The notes below the pieces were generated by a model, which was given only the letters and a program-made list of their open reading frames with translations, did not search any database and was not told the DNA's origin. This document shows positions 30,881 to 41,441 of a stretch of DNA of 64,000 bases, in pieces; positions within the stretch are counted from its first letter, which is position 1; the number at the start of each line of letters is the position of its first letter. This DNA is from Candidatus Sumerlaeia bacterium (GTDB lineage Bacteria > Sumerlaeota > Sumerlaeia > SLMS01 > JANRJK01). A program made the position numbers and the translations under genes. The stretch spans positions 32,001 through 96,000 of the forward strand of contig JANRJK010000055.1 in the NCBI GenBank assembly GCA_033764015.1. Direction: 5' to 3'.

Positions 30881-31891
30881 GTGCGCCCCTCAGCGGCCAA
30901 CCGCCTGTGGCTGGGCGCGGCGGCGTTCGCGCTCGCCGCGCTGCTCTGCGTCCCCGCGCCGCTTGCCGCGCAGGGCACCGGCGCCACGCGGCAGGACCGC
31001 AACCGCGCGCGCCCCTACTTCGACCCCCCGCGCGAGACGACCACCGTCTCGGCGACGGCCCTCTATAGCTGGGCCGCGTACCTCCTAGAGGGCGTCGAAC
31101 GCCCCGCGGCGGTCTTCGCCGGCAACGCCGAGCTCGCCTCGAAGGAGCTTCTCGAGGCGCAGGAGGCGCAGTTGGCCGCCGCCACCGCGTTCGTCTACTA
31201 CGGCGGCGAGGGCGACGGCTGGCTCGGCGAGGAGTTCGCCTCCCACGGCACCGCGCGCCGCCCGGTGGTCCGCCTCGGCGACGAGGGCTCGACCGCGCGC
31301 GGCCACGAGTGGCTCGATCCGGTGAAGGCCCGCGACGCCGTCCGGCGCCTCGCCGCGGAGCTCAAGCAGCTCCACCCGGCGCGTGTGACCGTGATCGACA
31401 AGAACGCCCAGGCGCTCGACGAGGAACTCCGCACGCTCGACGAGTGGGCGCGCCGCGAGCTGACCCCGTTCCAAGGCTCGGCGGTGTACCTTGAGCGTCC
31501 CGGCCTCGAGCCCTTCCTCGAGCGTTACGGCCTCGCCGTGGCGGGATACCTCTCGTCGACCTTCGGCAACGAAGGCGAGCAGGCCGACGCGGACCGGCTC
31601 GCCGCCGACGCGCGCCAGCGCACCGGCCCGCTCCTGATGCTGCGCCGCCCGGGGCAGCTCCCGATCCCGATGATCCGCCTCTCGCAGCAGGTGCCGATCC
31701 GCTTCATCCTGGTGGATCCGATCGAATCGGGCGAAGCGCGCCCGGCCCACTACGTCCGCCAGATGCGCCAGAACGTCCTAAACGTCGTCGTCGGCCTCAC
31801 CGCCGCGCAGTCGATCCCGGCGTCCTTCACCCCCGCCCCGGAAGCCACCGCGGCGACCGAGGACGAAGCGGAAGACGGCGGCGAAGAGTAG
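30881..31891 (+). CDS. ZnuA/TroA-like metal ABC substrate-binding protein, degenerate
   Basis: Signal peptide, HEWLDP, KNAQAL...LD, FLERYGL, DPIE, YVRQMRQN. Confidence 0.75.
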   Translation: MRPSAANRLWLGAAAFALAALLCVPAPLAAQGTGATRQDRNRARPYFDPPRETTTVSATALYSWAAYLLEGVERPAAVFAGNAELASKELLEAQEAQLAAATAFVYYGGEGDGWLGEEFASHGTARRPVVRLGDEGSTARGHEWLDPVKARDAVRRLAAELKQLHPARVTVIDKNAQALDEELRTLDEWARRELTPFQGSAVYLERPGLEPFLERYGLAVAGYLSSTFGNEGEQADADRLAADARQRTGPLLMLRRPGQLPIPMIRLSQQVPIRFILVDPIESGEARPAHYVRQMRQNVLNVVVGLTAAQSIPASFTPAPEATAATEDEAEDGGEE

Positions 31892-31903
31892 CGCCGCCGG
31901 GGC

Positions 31904-32689
31904 ATGAGCTCCCCACAGCCCCAAGACACGGTTCCCGCGATCCGGCTCCGCGGCGTCACCGTGCGCCGCGAAGGCCGGTTGCTGCTCGATTCCGTCGACC
32001 TCGATCTGCTCCCCGGGGACTTCGGGATGCTGATCGGCCCCAACGGCGCCGGCAAGTCCACCATCCTACGCGTGGTGCTCGGCCTCATGCAGGCGGACGC
32101 CGGCGCGGTCGAGCTGTTCGGCGAACCGCGCCTCACCCCGTCCGTGCGGCGGCGCATCGGCTACGTGCCGCAGCGCTTCTCGCCGGACCGGCTCACCCCG
32201 GTGAACTGCGACGAGTTCCTGCGGAGCTACGCCGCCACGCGGCACGCGCTCGGCGGCGGCGGGCCGGTGGACCGCGCGCGGATCGCCACGCTCGCGGAGG
32301 AGCTCGGCATCGCCGAAAAGCTGCGCCAGCCGGTCGGCGTGCTCTCCGGCGGCGAGCTGCAGCGCATGCTCCTCGCCGCCGCGCTCTACGACGAACCGAA
32401 GCTGCTGCTGCTCGACGAACCGCTCGCCGGCGTGGACATCCAGGGCGAAGCGGAGTTCTTCGAGTACCTCAACCAATACCGCCGCACGCATCCCGACGCC
32501 GCGCTCGTGGTCGTCTCGCACGACATCGGCGTGGTGTACCGCTACGCGACCAAGGTGTTCTGCCTGGACCGCAAGCTGCACGCGAGCGGCGCTCCGGAGG
32601 AGGCGCTGAACCGCGACACGTTCGCCCGCCTCTACGGCCACGGCCAGTTCCCCGCGGCGCACCACCACCACCACGGGCATTCGCACTGA
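31904..32689 (+). CDS. ZnuC-like metal ABC ATPase with His-rich tail
   Basis: GPNGAGKS, IGYVPQ, LSGGELQR, LLDEP, VSHD; ends HHHHHGHSH. Confidence 0.9.
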   Translation: MSSPQPQDTVPAIRLRGVTVRREGRLLLDSVDLDLLPGDFGMLIGPNGAGKSTILRVVLGLMQADAGAVELFGEPRLTPSVRRRIGYVPQRFSPDRLTPVNCDEFLRSYAATRHALGGGGPVDRARIATLAEELGIAEKLRQPVGVLSGGELQRMLLAAALYDEPKLLLLDEPLAGVDIQGEAEFFEYLNQYRRTHPDAALVVVSHDIGVVYRYATKVFCLDRKLHASGAPEEALNRDTFARLYGHGQFPAAHHHHHGHSH

Positions 32690-32696
32690 CCGCCTG

Positions 32697-33392
32697 CTAG
32701 CGGGCGTAGCGCACCGGATCCCGCAGGCCCGCCTCGGCGAAGCCGCGCTTGCGCAACAGGCACGAGTCGCACCGGCCGCACGCGGTGCCGTCCGGCGCCG
32801 GGTCGTAGCAGGAATGCGTCATGCCGTAGTCGACGCCCAGCTCGGCGCCCCGGCGGATGATCTCCGACTTCTTGAGGTTGATGAGCGGCGTGTGGATCCG
32901 CAGCGGCGCCTCGCCGGAGACGCCCGCCTTGGTGGCGAGGTTCGCCATGCGCTCGTAAGCCGCGATGTACTCGGGGCGGCAGTCGGGATAGCCGCTGTAG
33001 TCCAGCGCGTTGACACCGATGAAGATGTCCGAGGCGCCCACCACTTCCGCAAACGCGAGCGCGTAGCCGAGGAAGATCGTGTTCCGCGCGGGGACGTAGG
33101 TCACTGGGATGCCGCCGCCGATCTCCGCGTCGCTGTCGTGCTTCGGCACCGCGATGTCGGCGGTGAGCGCGGAGGCGCCGAACACGCGCAGGTCGATCGT
33201 GGTCTTGACGTGGCGCTCGACCCCGAAGGCGGCCGCGACGCGGCGCGCGCACTCGAGCTCCGCGCGGTGGCGCTGCCCGTAGCCGATGCTGAGCGCGAAG
33301 AGGCGGAAGCCCTCCGCGCGCGCGATGGCGAGGCACGTGGTGGAATCGAGGCCGCCGCTCAAGAGGACGACGGCGGGGCGGGCGGTGGACAA
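32697..33392 (-). CDS. queC: 7-cyano-7-deazaguanine synthase
   Basis: [29 protein letters not shown]...CGRCDSC. Confidence 0.98.
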   Translation of the reverse strand: MSTARPAVVLLSGGLDSTTCLAIARAEGFRLFALSIGYGQRHRAELECARRVAAAFGVERHVKTTIDLRVFGASALTADIAVPKHDSDAEIGGGIPVTYVPARNTIFLGYALAFAEVVGASDIFIGVNALDYSGYPDCRPEYIAAYERMANLATKAGVSGEAPLRIHTPLINLKKSEIIRRGAELGVDYGMTHSCYDPAPDGTACGRCDSCLLRKRGFAEAGLRDPVRYAR

Positions 33393-33538
33393 GGCGCGTG
33401 GCTCCGCGGTGGCGTTGCGCGTATCCGCGCCGCTGCGCCCCGCGCGGGCAACCGCGAAGCATCGCCGCCTTGCCCCGCGACGGCCCGTTCTTCGCCATAC
33501 CGCACGGCAACGACCACACCGCCCCCGAGGAATCCAGC

Positions 33539-34615
33539 GTGCCCGACCTCTTCGATCCGATCCAGCTCCGCTCCGTCACCATCCGCAACCGCGTCGGCGT
33601 CTCGCCCATGTGCATGTACAGCTCCGTGGACGGCCACGCGACGGACTGGCACTTGGTGCACCTCGGCGCGCGGGCGGTCGGCGGCGCGGGCCTCGTGATC
33701 CTGGAAGCGACCGCCGTCGAGCCGCGCGGGCGCATCACGCCGGACGACGCCGGCCTCTGGGCCGACTCGCAGATCGCGCCGCTCCGCCGCATCAACGCGT
33801 TCTTAAAGGAGTACGGCGCCACGCCCGCGGTGCAGCTCGCCCACGCGGGGCGCAAGGCCGGCACCCCCAGCCCCTGGAAGCGCACCTACCCGGGCATGCT
33901 CAAGATCGAGGACGGAGGCTGGCAGAACGTCGGCCCCAGCCCCATCGCCTTCACCCCCGCGCACCGCGAGCCGGCGGAGCTTTCCCTCGAAGAGGTCGGC
34001 GAGGTGCAGGACGCGTTCGTCGCCGCGACGCGCCGCGCCGCCGAGGCGGGCTTCGAACTGGTCGAGCTGCACGCCGCGCACGGATACCTCGCGCACAGCT
34101 TCCTCTCCCCGTTCTCGAACCAGCGCACGGACCAGTACGGCGGCAGCCGCGAAAACCGCATGCGCTTCGTCCTCGAAACCGCGGCGCGCATGCGCGCCGA
34201 GTTCCCCAAGCACCTCCCCGTGGCGGTGCGCATCTCGGTGGACGATTGGGCGGAAGGCGGCTGGATGATCGACGACACGATCGTGCTGGCGCGCGCGCTG
34301 AAGGACGCCGGCATCGACCTGATCGATTGCAGCTCCGGCGGCAGCACCATGGACGCGAAGATCCCCTACGGCCCCAGCTTCCAGGTGCCCTTCGCCGAAC
34401 GCATCCGCCGCGAAGCCGGCATCGCCACCGCCGCGGTCGGCGCCATCACCGCGCCGGAGCAGGCGCAGGACATCGTCTCGACCGGACGCGCCGACATGGT
34501 GCTACTCGCGAAGGAGCTGCTGCGCGACCCCTACTGGCCCGCGCACGCGGCGAAGAAGCTCGGGCAGGCGGAGAAGTTGAAGCTGCCGCCGCAGTACCAC
34601 GCCTTCATCGGCTGA
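33539..34615 (+). CDS. NADH:flavin oxidoreductase (old yellow enzyme, YqjM/NamA-like)
   Basis: [45 protein letters not shown]. Confidence 0.93.
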   Translation: MPDLFDPIQLRSVTIRNRVGVSPMCMYSSVDGHATDWHLVHLGARAVGGAGLVILEATAVEPRGRITPDDAGLWADSQIAPLRRINAFLKEYGATPAVQLAHAGRKAGTPSPWKRTYPGMLKIEDGGWQNVGPSPIAFTPAHREPAELSLEEVGEVQDAFVAATRRAAEAGFELVELHAAHGYLAHSFLSPFSNQRTDQYGGSRENRMRFVLETAARMRAEFPKHLPVAVRISVDDWAEGGWMIDDTIVLARALKDAGIDLIDCSSGGSTMDAKIPYGPSFQVPFAERIRREAGIATAAVGAITAPEQAQDIVSTGRADMVLLAKELLRDPYWPAHAAKKLGQAEKLKLPPQYHAFIG

Positions 34616-34630
34616 GGGAGGGGGCCGCGG

Positions 34631-36469
34631 TCAGGCGACCGGCGCTTCTTCCTTGAATTGCAGCTCGTAGAGCTTGCGGTAGAGCCCGCCGCGCGCGAGC
34701 AGCTCCTCGTGCGTGCCCTGCTCCGCGATGTGGCCGTGGGAGAGGACGACGATCTGGTCCGCGCGCTTGATCGTCGAAAGGCGGTGCGCGATCACCAGCG
34801 CCGTGCGTCCCGCCAGCAAGCGGTCCAGTGCGTCCTGGATCAGCAACTCCGTCTCCGTGTCGATGTTGGCGGTGGCCTCGTCGAGGATGAGGATCTCCGG
34901 GTCGAAGGCGAGCGCGCGGGCGAAGCTGAGGAGCTGCTTCTGCCCGGTCGAGAGCGTGGCGCCGCGCTCCTTCACACCGTTCGCGTAGCCGAGCGGCAGC
35001 TTCTCGATGAACTCCGACGCGTGGACCGCCTCGGCGACCTCGCGCACGCGTTCGTCGGTGATCCACTCCTCGCCGAGGCGGATGTTTCCCGCGACCGTGC
35101 CGTGGAAGAGGAACACGTCCTGCAGCACGATGGCGATGCGGCGCCGTAGGTCGCGCTGGGCCATGTCGCGGATGTCGACGCCGTCGATGAAGACGCCGCC
35201 CCGCTGCGGGTCGTAGAAGCGGCAGAGCAGCGACATGAGCGTGGACTTCCCCGAACCCGTCGGCCCCACCACGGCGACGGTCTGCCCGCGGCGGATCGTC
35301 AGCGACACGTCGCGCAGCACCCAGTTCTCCCCCTGGTACGCGAACCAAACGTCGCGGAAATCGACGCCGCGCTTCATCGGCCCGACGATGGCCGGCGTGG
35401 CCGGGTCCTCGATCTCCGGTGTGCGGTCCAGCAGCTTGAAGAGCCGCTCCGCCGCGGCGGTGGCGCTCAGCACCAGGTTGTACTTCTCCGAAAGGTCGCG
35501 CACCGGCATGAAGAAGCGCTCCAGCGCCTGCACGAAGAGCGCGAGCTGCCCGACGCTCACCACGCCCACCAGCGCGGCGGCGCGCGGCGACTCGAGGTGC
35601 TGGAGTCCCGACTTGAACACCACGATGGCGAAGCCCAGCGCGGCGATGAATTCGATCGCCGGGAAGAACACCGCGTAGGCGAAGACCGACTGGATGTTCG
35701 CCTCGCGGTAGTCCGCGTCCAGCTCGACGAAGCGGTCGTACTGCGTGCGCTCGCGGGTGAACGCCTGCGCCGTCTTCATCCCCGTCAGGTTCTCCTGCAG
35801 GAACGAGTTGAGGCGCGCCAGCCGCACGCGGATCACGCGGTACGTGCTCCGCACCAGGCGCCCGAACCAGCGGCTCACGAGCAGCACCAGCGGCACGAGC
35901 GGCAACACCCACAGCGCGAGCTTCCAGTTGGTCCAGAAGAGCAGCGCGACGAGCGCCGCGAGGAAGAAGAGCTGCTGGAAAACGCCGATCAGGCCCTGGG
36001 TGAAGAGCTCGAACAACGTGTTCACGTCGCCCGTGAGGCGCGTCACCAGGCGGCCCACCGGGTTGCGCTGGAAGAACGAGAGCGGCTGGCGCTGCAGGTG
36101 CTCGAACACGTCCATGCGGAGGCGGAGCATCGCCTCGTTGCCGATCTTGTTGATGAAGTAGCTGTTCCAGGCGTCGAGGCCGAGCAGCAGCGCCTGCACC
36201 GCGAGGAAGAGCGCCGCCATCCAGAGCAGCCCGTGGAAGTCGCCCTTCAGCACGTGCCGGTCGATGGCGTGCTGGGTGATCGCGAGCGGCGCGAGCATGA
36301 GCAGCGCGGTGCCGATGCTGATCGCGATGGCGAGCGCCACCTTGCGTCGCATCGGCGCGAGGTAGCCCGCGAGTCGCCGCAGGTTCGCCCAATCACCGGT
36401 GTGGCGGAGCGCCTCCGCCTCCTCGGCGCGGTCGCGCTCGATGCGCAGCGCGTGCAGGCGGTCGCTCAC
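34631..36469 (-). CDS. ABC exporter half-transporter (TMD+NBD), MdlB/YheH-like
   Basis: GTG at 36469 overlaps the upstream stop; GPTGSGKS, LSTGQKQ, LDEAT, IAHRLS. Confidence 0.93.
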   Translation of the reverse strand: MSDRLHALRIERDRAEEAEALRHTGDWANLRRLAGYLAPMRRKVALAIAISIGTALLMLAPLAITQHAIDRHVLKGDFHGLLWMAALFLAVQALLLGLDAWNSYFINKIGNEAMLRLRMDVFEHLQRQPLSFFQRNPVGRLVTRLTGDVNTLFELFTQGLIGVFQQLFFLAALVALLFWTNWKLALWVLPLVPLVLLVSRWFGRLVRSTYRVIRVRLARLNSFLQENLTGMKTAQAFTRERTQYDRFVELDADYREANIQSVFAYAVFFPAIEFIAALGFAIVVFKSGLQHLESPRAAALVGVVSVGQLALFVQALERFFMPVRDLSEKYNLVLSATAAAERLFKLLDRTPEIEDPATPAIVGPMKRGVDFRDVWFAYQGENWVLRDVSLTIRRGQTVAVVGPTGSGKSTLMSLLCRFYDPQRGGVFIDGVDIRDMAQRDLRRRIAIVLQDVFLFHGTVAGNIRLGEEWITDERVREVAEAVHASEFIEKLPLGYANGVKERGATLSTGQKQLLSFARALAFDPEILILDEATANIDTETELLIQDALDRLLAGRTALVIAHRLSTIKRADQIVVLSHGHIAEQGTHEELLARGGLYRKLYELQFKEEAPVA

Positions 36470-38241
36470 GCGGGCGCCCCCTGTCCGGCGAGTTCGTCGA
36501 AGGACTCCACGTCGCGCTCGAGGCGCTGGCGCTCGCACAGCCGCGCGTAGAGCCCCGGCGCGGAGGCGAGCTCCGCGTGCGTGCCTCGCTGCGTGATGCG
36601 CCCGTCCTCCACCACCAGCACCAGGTCCGCCATGGCGACGGTCGAGACGCGGTGCGAGATCAGGAACACGGTGCGCCCGTCCATCACCTCGCGCAGCCCT
36701 TCGAGGATGCGCTCCTCCGTGTGCGTGTCCACGGCGGAAAGCGCGTCGTCCAGCACGAGGATCTTGGCGTCTCGGGCGAGGGCGCGCGCGATGGAGAGGC
36801 GCTGGCGCTGGCCGCCGGAGAGGTTGATGCCGCGCTCGCCCAGCTCCGTGTCGTAGCCCGCGGGGAAGCCGTCCACCTCGGCGGCGAGCTGCGCGCGCCG
36901 GGCCGACTCGCGCACCGGGCCCGGCCCGAGGCCGTCCTCGCCGCCGAAGCGGATGTTCCACTCGATGGTGTCGCTGAACAGGAACGACTCCTGGAACACG
37001 AAGGACAGGTGGCGGCGGAGCTGCTCCGGGTCGATGTCGTTGATGTCCACGCCGCCGAGGAGCACCTTGCCGCGCTCGACCGGATAGAGCCGCGCCAGCA
37101 GGTTCACCAGCGTGGACTTGCCGGAGCCCACCGGCCCGATGATGCCGACCGTCGTGCCGAAGGGCACCTCGAGCTCGATGTCGCGGAGCTGCGGCTCGCT
37201 GGTCCCCTCGTAGCGGAACGTGAGGCCGCGGATCGAGATGCCGGGGCGCTCCGGCGGCGCCACGGGCGCGGCGGGGACTGCGACCGCGGGCACCGCCTCG
37301 AGCACCTCGTTGATGCGCTCGAGGGATGCGAGGCCGCGCTGCGCCAGGTTCACCACCCAGCCAAGCGCGATCAGCGGCCAGATGATCATGCCGAACAGCA
37401 GGATGAAGGAAACCAGCGTGCCGACGGGAAGCGTGCCCGCCATCACGGAGCGCCCGCCCACGACGAGGATCACGAGCAGTCCAAGCCCGGCGATGAAGCG
37501 GATCGAGGTGAAGAAGAACGCCTGCACCAGGGCCAGGCGTAGGGACTTGTCGCGGTAGGCCTCGTTGCGCGCCAGGAAGCCGGCGGACTGGGCGCGCTCC
37601 TGCCCGTACGCCTTCACGACCTGGATGCCCGCCAGATTTTCCTGCGCGAAGGTCGTGAGCGCGCCGAACTCGTCCTGCTGCTCGCGCGAGCGGCGGTGCG
37701 TCTCGTTGCCGAGCCGGCGGACCAGCGGCGGCAGCAGCGCCACCGGCAGCAGCGACAGCAGGGCGAGGCGCCAATCCTGGCGCGTCATCTGCGCGAGGAT
37801 CAGCGGCACCGCCAGCAGCGTGTTCGCCATGTACATCAGGCTCGGGCCCAGGAACATCCGCACCGCGTCCATGTCGTTCGTGCCCCGCGACATCAGGTCG
37901 CCGGTGTTGCGCGCGTCGTAGAACGCGGGATCGAGCGCCTGCAGCCGCGCGAAGTACAGGTTGCGCATGTCGAACTCGAGCTCGCGCGAGGCGTCGATGA
38001 TCACGCGGCGCATCAGGAAGCGGAAGCACGCGCCGAGGCCCGCCAGCGTGAGGATGTTCACCGTCAGCCACGCGAGCGCCTCGCGCGTGTAGCGCCCGCC
38101 CTCGACCACGTCGACCGCGCGGCCCACCTGCACGGGCACCTCGACCGCGAAGTAGTTGGCGGCGAAGACCAGCAGGATGCCGATGCCGAAGTGCCAGCGG
38201 TACGCCAGCAGCAGTGGCCGAAGGGTGCGGAGCGCCTTCAC
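36466..38241 (-). CDS. ABC exporter half-transporter (TMD+NBD), MdlA/YheI-like
   Basis: TGDLMSR, GPVGSGKS, LSGGQRQR, LDDALSAVD. Confidence 0.95.
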   Translation of the reverse strand: MKALRTLRPLLLAYRWHFGIGILLVFAANYFAVEVPVQVGRAVDVVEGGRYTREALAWLTVNILTLAGLGACFRFLMRRVIIDASRELEFDMRNLYFARLQALDPAFYDARNTGDLMSRGTNDMDAVRMFLGPSLMYMANTLLAVPLILAQMTRQDWRLALLSLLPVALLPPLVRRLGNETHRRSREQQDEFGALTTFAQENLAGIQVVKAYGQERAQSAGFLARNEAYRDKSLRLALVQAFFFTSIRFIAGLGLLVILVVGGRSVMAGTLPVGTLVSFILLFGMIIWPLIALGWVVNLAQRGLASLERINEVLEAVPAVAVPAAPVAPPERPGISIRGLTFRYEGTSEPQLRDIELEVPFGTTVGIIGPVGSGKSTLVNLLARLYPVERGKVLLGGVDINDIDPEQLRRHLSFVFQESFLFSDTIEWNIRFGGEDGLGPGPVRESARRAQLAAEVDGFPAGYDTELGERGINLSGGQRQRLSIARALARDAKILVLDDALSAVDTHTEERILEGLREVMDGRTVFLISHRVSTVAMADLVLVVEDGRITQRGTHAELASAPGLYARLCERQRLERDVESFDELAGQGAPA

Positions 38242-38370
38242 GGGCTGGGGGCGGCGCCTCCGGCGGGGGGGAAAGTCCGAATGCGGTCCAAGGGTGTCAT
38301 CGACAAGGCGCCGTGCAAGTTCCGGTCCGGGGCTGTGCGCCGGATATTCGGCCCGTCACCGCGGACCCCG

Positions 38371-39600
38371 TCAACCGCCGCTCGCGGTGTCGAGTCGTTC
38401 GACCCGCGCGATGGTCCGCGGCATGACCAGGAAGTCGGGCTGCGCGAAGGTGGGCGCCTCGCTGGCGAGCGGCAGCCGCTCCGCGCTCCGCGCGACCAGG
38501 CGCCCCTCCGCGTCCACCAGCGCCGCCGCGACGTCGCCCTCGAAGCGCCCGTAGGGCCAGTATGGCACGCGGTACTCGACGGCGTTCGCTCCGGGGCGGC
38601 CCTCGATCGGCGGCGACTCGTCCTCGAAGAGCGTCCGGTGGTCGTGCCAGCGGACCAGGAGCTTCGCGCGAAGGGGCGAAGCCGCGGCGCCCTCCGCACC
38701 GCGCCACTCGATGCGGAAGGCGGCGGGCGCGCCCCGCTCGACCCGCATCGGTCCGGGGGCCTCACCCGCGACGCGCAACCCGTCGACCCGCGCGCCGCCG
38801 GGCTCCGGCGCCGTTTCCGGATGGAAGGGGTGCGCCGGCGGGAGCGTCCGCTCCGCGAGCGCCATGGTGTACGCGCGGTGCACCTCCGCGGAGGGGCCGT
38901 CGTGCCGCACCCGGCCGTGCTCCAGCCACACCAGGCGCTGGCAGAGGTAGCGCGCCGTCACCAGCTCGTGCGTCACCAGCACCAGCGTCGCGCCGCTCTC
39001 GTGGAGCTGCAGCAGCCGCAGCATGCCGCGCTGCTGGAACTCCGCGTCGCCCACCGCCAGGATCTCGTCCACCAGAATGATGTCGGGATCGAGGTGCAGC
39101 GCCACGCTGCAGGCGAGCCGCCCGTACATACCGGTGCTGTAGTGCCGCACCGGATCGAGGATGTGCTCGCGGAGGCCGCTGAAATCGATGATGCCTTCGA
39201 GCCGTTCGAGGATCGCCTCGCGGCGCAGCCCCATCAGCGCGCCGTTGTAGAAGATGTTCTCCATGCCCGTCAGGTCGGGGTGGAAGCCGACGCCGAGTTC
39301 GAGCAGGGATGCGACCCGGCCGCGGACCTCGACGGTGCCGGAGGTGGGCGGGGTGATGCCGGCGATGAGCTTGAGCGTCGTGGACTTGCCTGCGCCGTTG
39401 TCGCCGACGATGCCGACCAGCTCCCCGGGCCGGATGGCGAACGTGGCGCCGTCCAGCGCGAGGAACGGCTCCGCGGCGAGATGCTCGAAGAGCTTGTCCA
39501 CCACCCACGCGCCGAGCCGCGGCGTCGCCCGGCGCCGGACCGTGTAGCGCTTCGAGACCGCGTCGAAGCGGATCGAGCCCTTTGGCAAGGCCTCGCTCAA
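38371..39600 (-). CDS. Wzt/TagH-like polysaccharide export ATPase with C-terminal domain
   Basis: GDNGAGKS, LLELGVGFHPDLTG.EN, YSTGM, DEILAVGDAEF. Confidence 0.9.
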   Translation of the reverse strand: MSEALPKGSIRFDAVSKRYTVRRRATPRLGAWVVDKLFEHLAAEPFLALDGATFAIRPGELVGIVGDNGAGKSTTLKLIAGITPPTSGTVEVRGRVASLLELGVGFHPDLTGMENIFYNGALMGLRREAILERLEGIIDFSGLREHILDPVRHYSTGMYGRLACSVALHLDPDIILVDEILAVGDAEFQQRGMLRLLQLHESGATLVLVTHELVTARYLCQRLVWLEHGRVRHDGPSAEVHRAYTMALAERTLPPAHPFHPETAPEPGGARVDGLRVAGEAPGPMRVERGAPAAFRIEWRGAEGAAASPLRAKLLVRWHDHRTLFEDESPPIEGRPGANAVEYRVPYWPYGRFEGDVAAALVDAEGRLVARSAERLPLASEAPTFAQPDFLVMPRTIARVERLDTASGG

Positions 39601-40715
39601 CGCGCGCCGCCCAGCAGCCGTTCGTAGTATGCGACGGTCTCGCGGACGAGGCGCTCCTCGTCGAACTGCTCGCGCACGTGGGCGCGGGCGCCCTCCGACA
39701 GCCGGCGCCGCAGCTCCGCGTCGCCCATGATCCGCAGCATCGCCGCGGCGAGCGTCTCCGGCTCCTCCGGCGGCACCAGCAGGCCGGTCCGCTCGTGGAT
39801 CACCGAGTCCGGAATCCCACCCACGTTGGTGGCGACCGTGGGGAGGCCCGCCGCGAGCGCCTCCAGAATCGCGGTGCCGAGCCCTTCGAGCCGGGATGCG
39901 AGCACGTAGGCGTCGGCGGAGGCGAGCAGCGCGGGCACGTCCTTGCGGAAGCCCGGCAGCCAGGCCGCGTCCGGGCCCAGCCCCAGCCGCGCGGCCAAGG
40001 CGCGGTGGTCTTCGAGAAGGCTGCCTGCGCCGGCGATCAGCAGGAAGGCGTCGGGCCGCGCGGCGCGCACTTTCGCGAAGGCCCGCAGCGTGATTTCGTG
40101 CGCCTTCTCCGGCCTCATGCGCGCCGTGCTCACCCAGAGGAACATTCCCGGCTTCAATCCGGGGACTTCATCGCGGATGGGCGCCGGAAGCGCGTCGAGC
40201 AGAGACGGGTCGGGCACGGAGCGGATCAGCGCGTGGGGCTTCGCGGCGAGTCGCGGGTAGTCGAGGATCTGCTTCTGGATGAAGGTGCTGATGGAGAGGT
40301 AGGCGTCGACCTGGTTATAGAGCCACCGGTTCCCGCCGTGCCGGCTCCAGGGATAGTCGTTGTGCTTGGTCCGCAGGAGCAGCGGCACGTCCCGCGGCGC
40401 AAGCTTCCGCGCGAGCACCGCGAGCCACGTGTCTTGGCTCCCGTGTAGATGCACCAGGTCGGGTTTGAAGCGGCGCACGTCATCGAGGAACCGGCGCGTG
40501 TCGGGCACCGAGTGCCAAAGCTGGAAGGGGGGCTTGAACTCGTAGCCGGGCCAGGGCTCGACGCCCGCCTCGCGAGCCTTCGCGAGCAGCGGAGCCATAT
40601 GCGGCGCGGCGAGCGCCACCGTGTGTCCGGCCCGGACGGCGCCGCGCATTTCGACCAGGATGCGGTTCGACTGCCCGCCCCAGCCGCGCAGCATGTTCGT
40701 GTGGAGGATGCGCAT
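39597..40715 (-). CDS. Glycosyltransferase family 4
   Basis: WGGQ, PEKAH, EGLGTAILEALAAG, VGGIPD. Confidence 0.92.
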   Translation of the reverse strand: MRILHTNMLRGWGGQSNRILVEMRGAVRAGHTVALAAPHMAPLLAKAREAGVEPWPGYEFKPPFQLWHSVPDTRRFLDDVRRFKPDLVHLHGSQDTWLAVLARKLAPRDVPLLLRTKHNDYPWSRHGGNRWLYNQVDAYLSISTFIQKQILDYPRLAAKPHALIRSVPDPSLLDALPAPIRDEVPGLKPGMFLWVSTARMRPEKAHEITLRAFAKVRAARPDAFLLIAGAGSLLEDHRALAARLGLGPDAAWLPGFRKDVPALLASADAYVLASRLEGLGTAILEALAAGLPTVATNVGGIPDSVIHERTGLLVPPEEPETLAAAMLRIMGDAELRRRLSEGARAHVREQFDEERLVRETVAYYERLLGGAR

Positions 40716-41441
40716 TCAGGCCCTTCCGTGGCGCCGGCGGTTCTTCCAGTCGTGCGCCCACCGGTAGAACGGCGTGAAGGAGTAGCGGAAGCGCAAGCCC
40801 GTCCGGTCCGGCTGGACCATCACCCGGCGAAGCAGGAAACGATCCCCGGGCCCGTTGCGATTGCCGCGGATCGTCGAGACCGCCACGCGGAATCCAGCCT
40901 CCTGCACGGCGCGGACGGAGCGGTCGCAATACGCGCCGTAGGGGTAGGCGAAGGATGGCACCGGCGCGCCAAGCGCGTCCTCGAGGCGCGCCTTCGAGTC
41001 GGCGACCTCGCGGCGCAGCTCCGCGTCCCCGAGCGTCGGCAGACGGGGATGCGTGAGGGTGTGGGCGCCGACCTCCATGCCTTCGGCGAGCAACTCGCGG
41101 AGCTGTGCGAGGTCCATGTGGCCCGGCGCGCCGCCGAGGGAGCGCTCGGCGATGATGAAGAAGGTCGCCGTCATCCCGGCGTCCTTCAGCAGCCGCAGCC
41201 CGGGCTCGAAGTTGTCCGCCATGCCGTCGTCGAAGGTGAGCCAAACGGTCCGCTCGAGCGCCGGGGTGCCGAGGCCGGCGTCGACCTCGGGGCCGAGCAC
41301 GGAGCGCAGGCCCATGCCGCGGAGCCCCGCGAGCTGGTCGCGGAAGACCTCCGGGGGGACGAAAAGCGCCGGATGTCCGTGCCCCGCGGGGGCCCCCCCG
41401 AGGTAGTGGTACATGAGGATCGCGCCCATGCGGGGAAGCAT
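40716..41441 (-). CDS. Polysaccharide deacetylase (CE4, IcaB-like)
   Basis: ILMYH, LTFDDG, GAHTLTH, FAYPYG; start is 41441 or 41429. Confidence 0.9.
   Translation of the reverse strand: MLPRMGAILMYHYLGGAPAGHGHPALFVPPEVFRDQLAGLRGMGLRSVLGPEVDAGLGTPALERTVWLTFDDGMADNFEPGLRLLKDAGMTATFFIIAERSLGGAPGHMDLAQLRELLAEGMEVGAHTLTHPRLPTLGDAELRREVADSKARLEDALGAPVPSFAYPYGAYCDRSVRAVQEAGFRVAVSTIRGNRNGPGDRFLLRRVMVQPDRTGLRFRYSFTPFYRWAHDWKNRRRHGRA

Noticed and set aside
34631..38071. Single 1146-aa fused ABC transporter
   Set aside because: The N-terminal half is an off-frame shadow of the upstream ABC gene; the real gene starts at GTG 36469.
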